From the human T2T-CHM13v2.0 reference genome, Homo sapiens: DNA of 64,000 bases. The position numbers and the translations under genes are program-made. The number at the start of each line of letters is the position of its first letter. The stretch's first letter is position 1. The notes below the pieces were generated by a model. That model saw only the letters and a list, made by a program, of their open reading frames with translations. It had not been told where the DNA came from and searched no databases. Positions 58,511 through 64,000 of this stretch are shown one piece after another. Location: contig CP086569.2 in the NCBI GenBank assembly GCA_009914755.4, positions 22,720,001 through 22,784,000 of the forward strand, written 5' to 3'.

Positions 58511-60178
58511 CTCATTTGTTTGTTTATGTATTTTAACCCTTGTTGTATTGTCTTCGTGAACACGTATTTTAGAGTTATTGAAATAATATGCTTTATTTAT
58601 TTACTCAATACTTAAGTAGGATTTTAAAAGTAATGTTTTCATTCACTAAATACAGTATTGTGAATAGGTTAAACCTTGTATAGTATTGTCATTTTCTTTT
58701 TCATAAATTCTTCAAGAACTCTGATACTGTTTTTCCCCCACCTGAGGAGAATATGCAGATAGTTACAAAACATTGTGTGAGTTAGTTGGGATAAAAATAT
58801 AATTTGAAAGACTAATATTCACAAATACAATTCCACATTTGTATTTCGCATCATTTTGAAAATTTTTTTTGCTGATAAATAAAATCCTGCATTCACGTTC
58901 ATGTTAAATATGAACTTTTGAATCATTTTCAAGAATGAAAACAATCCAAGGCCATGCATTAGTTCAGGAAGTAGTAGAAAGCAGTTATTACGAAGAAAAG
59001 CCATATTTATTGAAGGTATATTTAGATAGATTTTGGAAGGCTAAGTCAAAATTTTCCTTGTTGATGCTCTGGCGTTTTATCATACTGTGACCAGACTGTG
59101 GCATCAGTAGTTATAGTCACTAGGCTACCAAAGTCCCTGGGCTGCCGTAATTATTATTGAGGAAAGTGGCAGTGTGGTTGGTTGTTTAAGGAGACTAGAG
59201 GAGTTCGGAGTTTCTACCCAAGGCACAAGGGCCTGGTTTATTGAGTGACCTTCTTTTGCTGAAGTAGATAATATCCAGGAAAAATGTGGACTCACTGTAG
59301 TAGCTAGGGCTTTGAGACTGGTGAAGCCTATTTGTCTCCAACTGCCATTGTCAGATACTGGTCTGCACATAAATGCTTTTCGTAGGCTCACTGACTCCTG
59401 TAAATTCCAACATAGAATTTGGATTTAAATCCCTATTCCAAATTATTAATCATAGATTTAATAAGTAGATATTAAAACATGTATTCAGAAGAAAAGGAGA
59501 CATCAGATAAGTGCATAATAAATCATCCTGATGAAATACCTTCAAAAATATTACTACAAAAAATCACTGAAGATTAAATGTTAAAAAGTTATTTTAATTG
59601 GGGAAATAGAAAAAGGTGAGACTCGTTTTAAACTCTGAGGTGTAAAGATACTATTATTAGAATAAGAGAATAATATAGAATGTCTGATTTGTGTGTACAG
59701 CAGCATAATAGCTATACAGTATGGCTAGAGATTGAAATCGTATGTAAGAAAACTCAGAGATTAAAAACAGATTTTTTTTAGAGACTTTGTTCTGTAATTA
59801 AAGAATTTTAAAATGGTTTCCTACTGATCAATAATTCACTTATATTTATCATTTAGGCATATGCAGTATACACCCCTTTGTATAGGAACAAAGTTATAGT
59901 TTCTATCATGTAGTAAGAAAAAAATTGATGATGTACCACAATTTCATCAGAGTTTTTGTCCTGAGTAATGAAGCAAACAATGGAACTGCCTATGTCAGGG
60001 TACAGGTGGGCACAGCTGGAAGCTTTCATCACTTGCGCCTAACATTTCTGGATTGTCATTGGTCCCTCCTAGAAAGACAAATGGACTATATCCTTAAGAA
60101 TATATGTTAAATTTAAACCCTAAGTATTAAGATAAGACTACGATTTGTCTCATCACTTCTGTCTCGTCATTACTTTAA

Positions 60179-60850
<672 letters not shown>

Positions 60851-63800
60851 TACCGGGGTGAGTCAATGAAGACAGACTTGTCACTTTTTAATAACATTTT
60901 AAATTCTACTCTGCAAAATTAACAAGTCAATTTTTACCTTTGAAATTCAAAATTCCAAGTCAAGTTAAGCTACATTTTCATAAAGAAGTAAAAATGAAAC
61001 AAAACAATACAAAACCCTTCTTTTTCCTTTGTACCGAAGTGAGAAAAGAGTTGGGAAGGAAGTCATCTCTACCTTGCTTTACAAATCTGGACTGTACAGA
61101 GAAAGTTCCTCATATAATTTTTGTTAGATCTAAAATCCTGTGAAGTCATCATCAGAACCATCATCTTATAAAACAAAAACAAATCTCCTAGTGGGTCTCT
61201 GATGTGGATTAAATATCTTATAATTAATAATGTATACAAATGTGATTACACTTATGCCTTGAATCATAATATTAAAAATATGAACCTCATTTTTTTAGAA
61301 CAACTACGCTAATAAGAAAAATAACCACTGACCTGGTGTAACAATATGTGGCCTAGAGAGCCAGCATTCTGAACTATTCAGGTTCCTCAGATAGCCCAAG
61401 AGTGATAAGAGCCAAATGGGAGTCTGGACATCGTGGAGGAGTAGCAATTCCAGAATATTTCTTGCTGCCTCAGTCACCAACCAGAATCTGTCATGCAGTA
61501 GAATGGTAGACACCTTCACAACTCTCAGTGGTGCCTCAGGGTGCCTCAGGCCCAGTATCACAGCAGTGTCTTCAGGATCCCTGAGTGCATAGGCAAAGAT
61601 TTATTACAGTACAATCATTAGAAAACCTGAACCTTAAACCTACATCAGGCTTTCCGGAATATCGCTTTTGTCATGATACACAAGGTTCCTAGCTCATCTT
61701 CATTGAAATCAGAAATCTATGAATAAAGAGTCCACAGACAATGGGGTTGCAGAGGAGATAACTAACAGAGGTACTAATAAGCCAAACACAGTGAGGCAAT
61801 TTCTTTTTAGCCTAAAACAAAAAAGTTATTGTATAAGTGAGATGGTCATGCATTATAGAAGTGAATTTGGACAGATAAACTTCCAGCAATGTAATTATGG
61901 GATAATGAATTATAGGACATGGGAAGAGGCAGGCACAAACTTACATGTTCCTGACACAGTGGGCAGCTGTGAGAATCCAAGAGCTGCCAACTATGGAACC
62001 ACTGCAGATCTGACTCCCACAGATGATGATGACAGCCTTCCAAGGCATGGCATATCGCAGATAAATCTGATCTGCCAAAGCCAAGGGGAAAATTCACACA
62101 ATTAATTTGAATAGAATTGCCACATGTAGACCATTTAAAAAAAAATTTAGATCCCTCCTATTTCTGCTAACCAGGTCAGCATTGTTAAATATGACTAGCA
62201 AACACAAACTTCTACCTCTTTTCTGTTTTTCCTTTGTTTTTGTTTTTACATTTTTCTGAAAAAAAAAAAAAAGTTTTCCTTTTACTATTTTTCTAAGTTC
62301 ACAGTTTCTTTATGTCCTAACTTAAATTTCTTCAGTCAAAGTACTGGGAGTCATTCCAGCTTTCTCCCCATTGCAACCTTTACATAGCTATGATTTTAGC
62401 TACTTAAAAGTTATCAAAGTAGATGGGCAACAAAAAATTATTTGATTTGGAGATATTAGATAAACAAGGAAAAATTTGGAGATAAGGCTCCTGTCTCTAA
62501 ATTGGAGGGAGCTTATCTTCCTGAACTTACAATCTTAGTGTGATATCAGAATGACAGTTTAAATAGAACATTCAAGTTTGGGGTTAAGGAAATAGCTCAT
62601 ATTTTAAAAAACATTTGAGAGTTTCTCAGAAAACTGAGTTGAAGCAATGCCAGTTAATGCACATATTACAGATATAAAAACGATGAAGATAGGCTCTCTC
62701 TAGAAGAGGTGAGGAAATATAGATGAAATTAGAAGCATAACTATGATCTTAAGTGTAGTTGTCTTTGAATCAGACTTTGCAGAATGTGAGCAAATAATTG
62801 TGGCCTCCTTTGTGTTTTAATGTGTTATTCACTGTAGCTATGACAATAGGTGTTAGCTATAATATAGCTGTGGTTAAGTGCACATTTAGTACATGACACC
62901 AAAAGAGATCCCTCAGTTTCTAAGGAAATAAGTGGAAGTACAGTAATGTGAAATAGCCATTGCTAATATTGTGATAGGTTTTCTGATAGCCAAGGGAAGG
63001 AGGAAACTGATAATCACAATGTAATACAGTCTAGTACACCAGCACCTAAAACACATTACTTACCAACTGCTATGCTGTTTCCAAACATCATAATGTCTTT
63101 AACTTAAAATATATTCAATTCAAAATAATTCTATTACACATGTAAGATACTGTGTGGTAGAAATGACTTTGTGTTAGGAGAGTGTGTCTTAATGTTAGTC
63201 CTATTCATCTTTTGCCATAAGAACTTGAACAATCCATTCTACTTATCTAGTATAAGAGTAAGCAATTAACATAACTATAGTAATCATGTTTCATGACCTA
63301 TATTATACAGTAATCTATATCATACAGGGATACAATGGAAATTGAATCATAGATCAAGTGTGAAATACCTTTGTAAACCACAATAAAAATAATTTCTGTG
63401 ATTTGGTAGATAAAAAACTCATATATTTTACAGGAAGAGCTTTCTTTCCTCTCTGCTTCCCTCTCTTCTTTTCTAATTCCATTCTCTTCTTCCTTTATTA
63501 CCTCTACCAAGTTTTTGAGCCTTACTCTGAGGCTGTGGCAGAGAGAAGTGTGGCCAAAGAGAAGCAGGGGTGGAGGTAAAAGCTGAAGCATTTGTAGAGG
63601 TAGAGACTGAATGGGACATAGAAGCAGAGGTAGTCATGGGCCCTTGCTTGTACCAGGGAGCATAGCTAGACTGTGTCACTCCCTGGAGTCAGAAAAGGAA
63701 AGGGTGCACTTGGCTGAAGACCTAGGGCTTTGTGCAATGGTCCTCAAAGTGACTCAAGATTCCCACTTGCACCCAAGTGTCCTCTTGCTGTAGATGGCAT

Positions 63801-64000
63801 ACGAAAGGTGCTCCCAAGTCACCTTGCAAGAAACAAGAGGCAAGATATCAAACAATATTTTAAAGGAGGGCCAGAAGTAACTTTTGGTTTTCAAGATATT
63901 CCTCTTTCTCCCTGATATTTATACCCCATGAATTTGTCACCTGATAGTCAGCCATCCACATGGCTTTCTTGGCCTCCACCCAGAAAGTGAGTTCATTCAG

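Noticed and set aside
61719-62105. 128-aa ORF in the unique flank as a gene
   Set aside because: No recognizable domain, no splice or promoter context, and the surrounding sequence is AT-rich and repeat-like. Probably a chance ORF.

Overview
This window is human Y-chromosome ampliconic sequence from the RBMY1 (RNA-binding motif protein, Y-linked) gene array, presumably AZFb. It holds a head-to-tail tandem repeat with a 23,539-bp period: unit 1 is 1..23539 and unit 2 is 23540..~40750 at ~99.9% identity. Each unit carries one minus-strand RBMY1 gene of 12 exons, with an RRM encoded in exons 2-4 and four SRGY boxes encoded by four 111-nt exons (7-10). RBMY1 copy A is cut by the window start, so only exon 6 (partial) through exon 2 and its CpG promoter are present. 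Copy B is complete: polyA signal ~19150, stop at 19411, ATG at 31555-31557, promoter ~33.5-33.8 kb. From ~40.75 kb a third, ~10%-diverged unit follows (40750..~58810). It carries an RBMY-family pseudogene, RBMY2-like: a single SRGY box, a frameshift in exon 11, a premature stop plus 12-bp duplication in exon 12, a lost terminal stop, and an altered RNP1 motif. Each unit also has a GC-rich block lying head-to-head with the RBMY promoter CpG island. That block has a TATA box and several exon-like segments with consensus splice sites on the plus strand (candidate divergent non-coding transcript), and the diverged unit lacks ~600 bp of it. The rest is Alu elements, L1 fragments and microsatellites; one (CA)n tract differs in length between units 1 and 2. 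Homology to the repeat ends at ~58810, and 58.8-64 kb is unique flank without recognizable genes. No prokaryotic-type features (CRISPR, operons) are present. Many ORFs in the supplied track use non-ATG starts, lie in Alus, or are antisense to RBMY exons, and are not genes.
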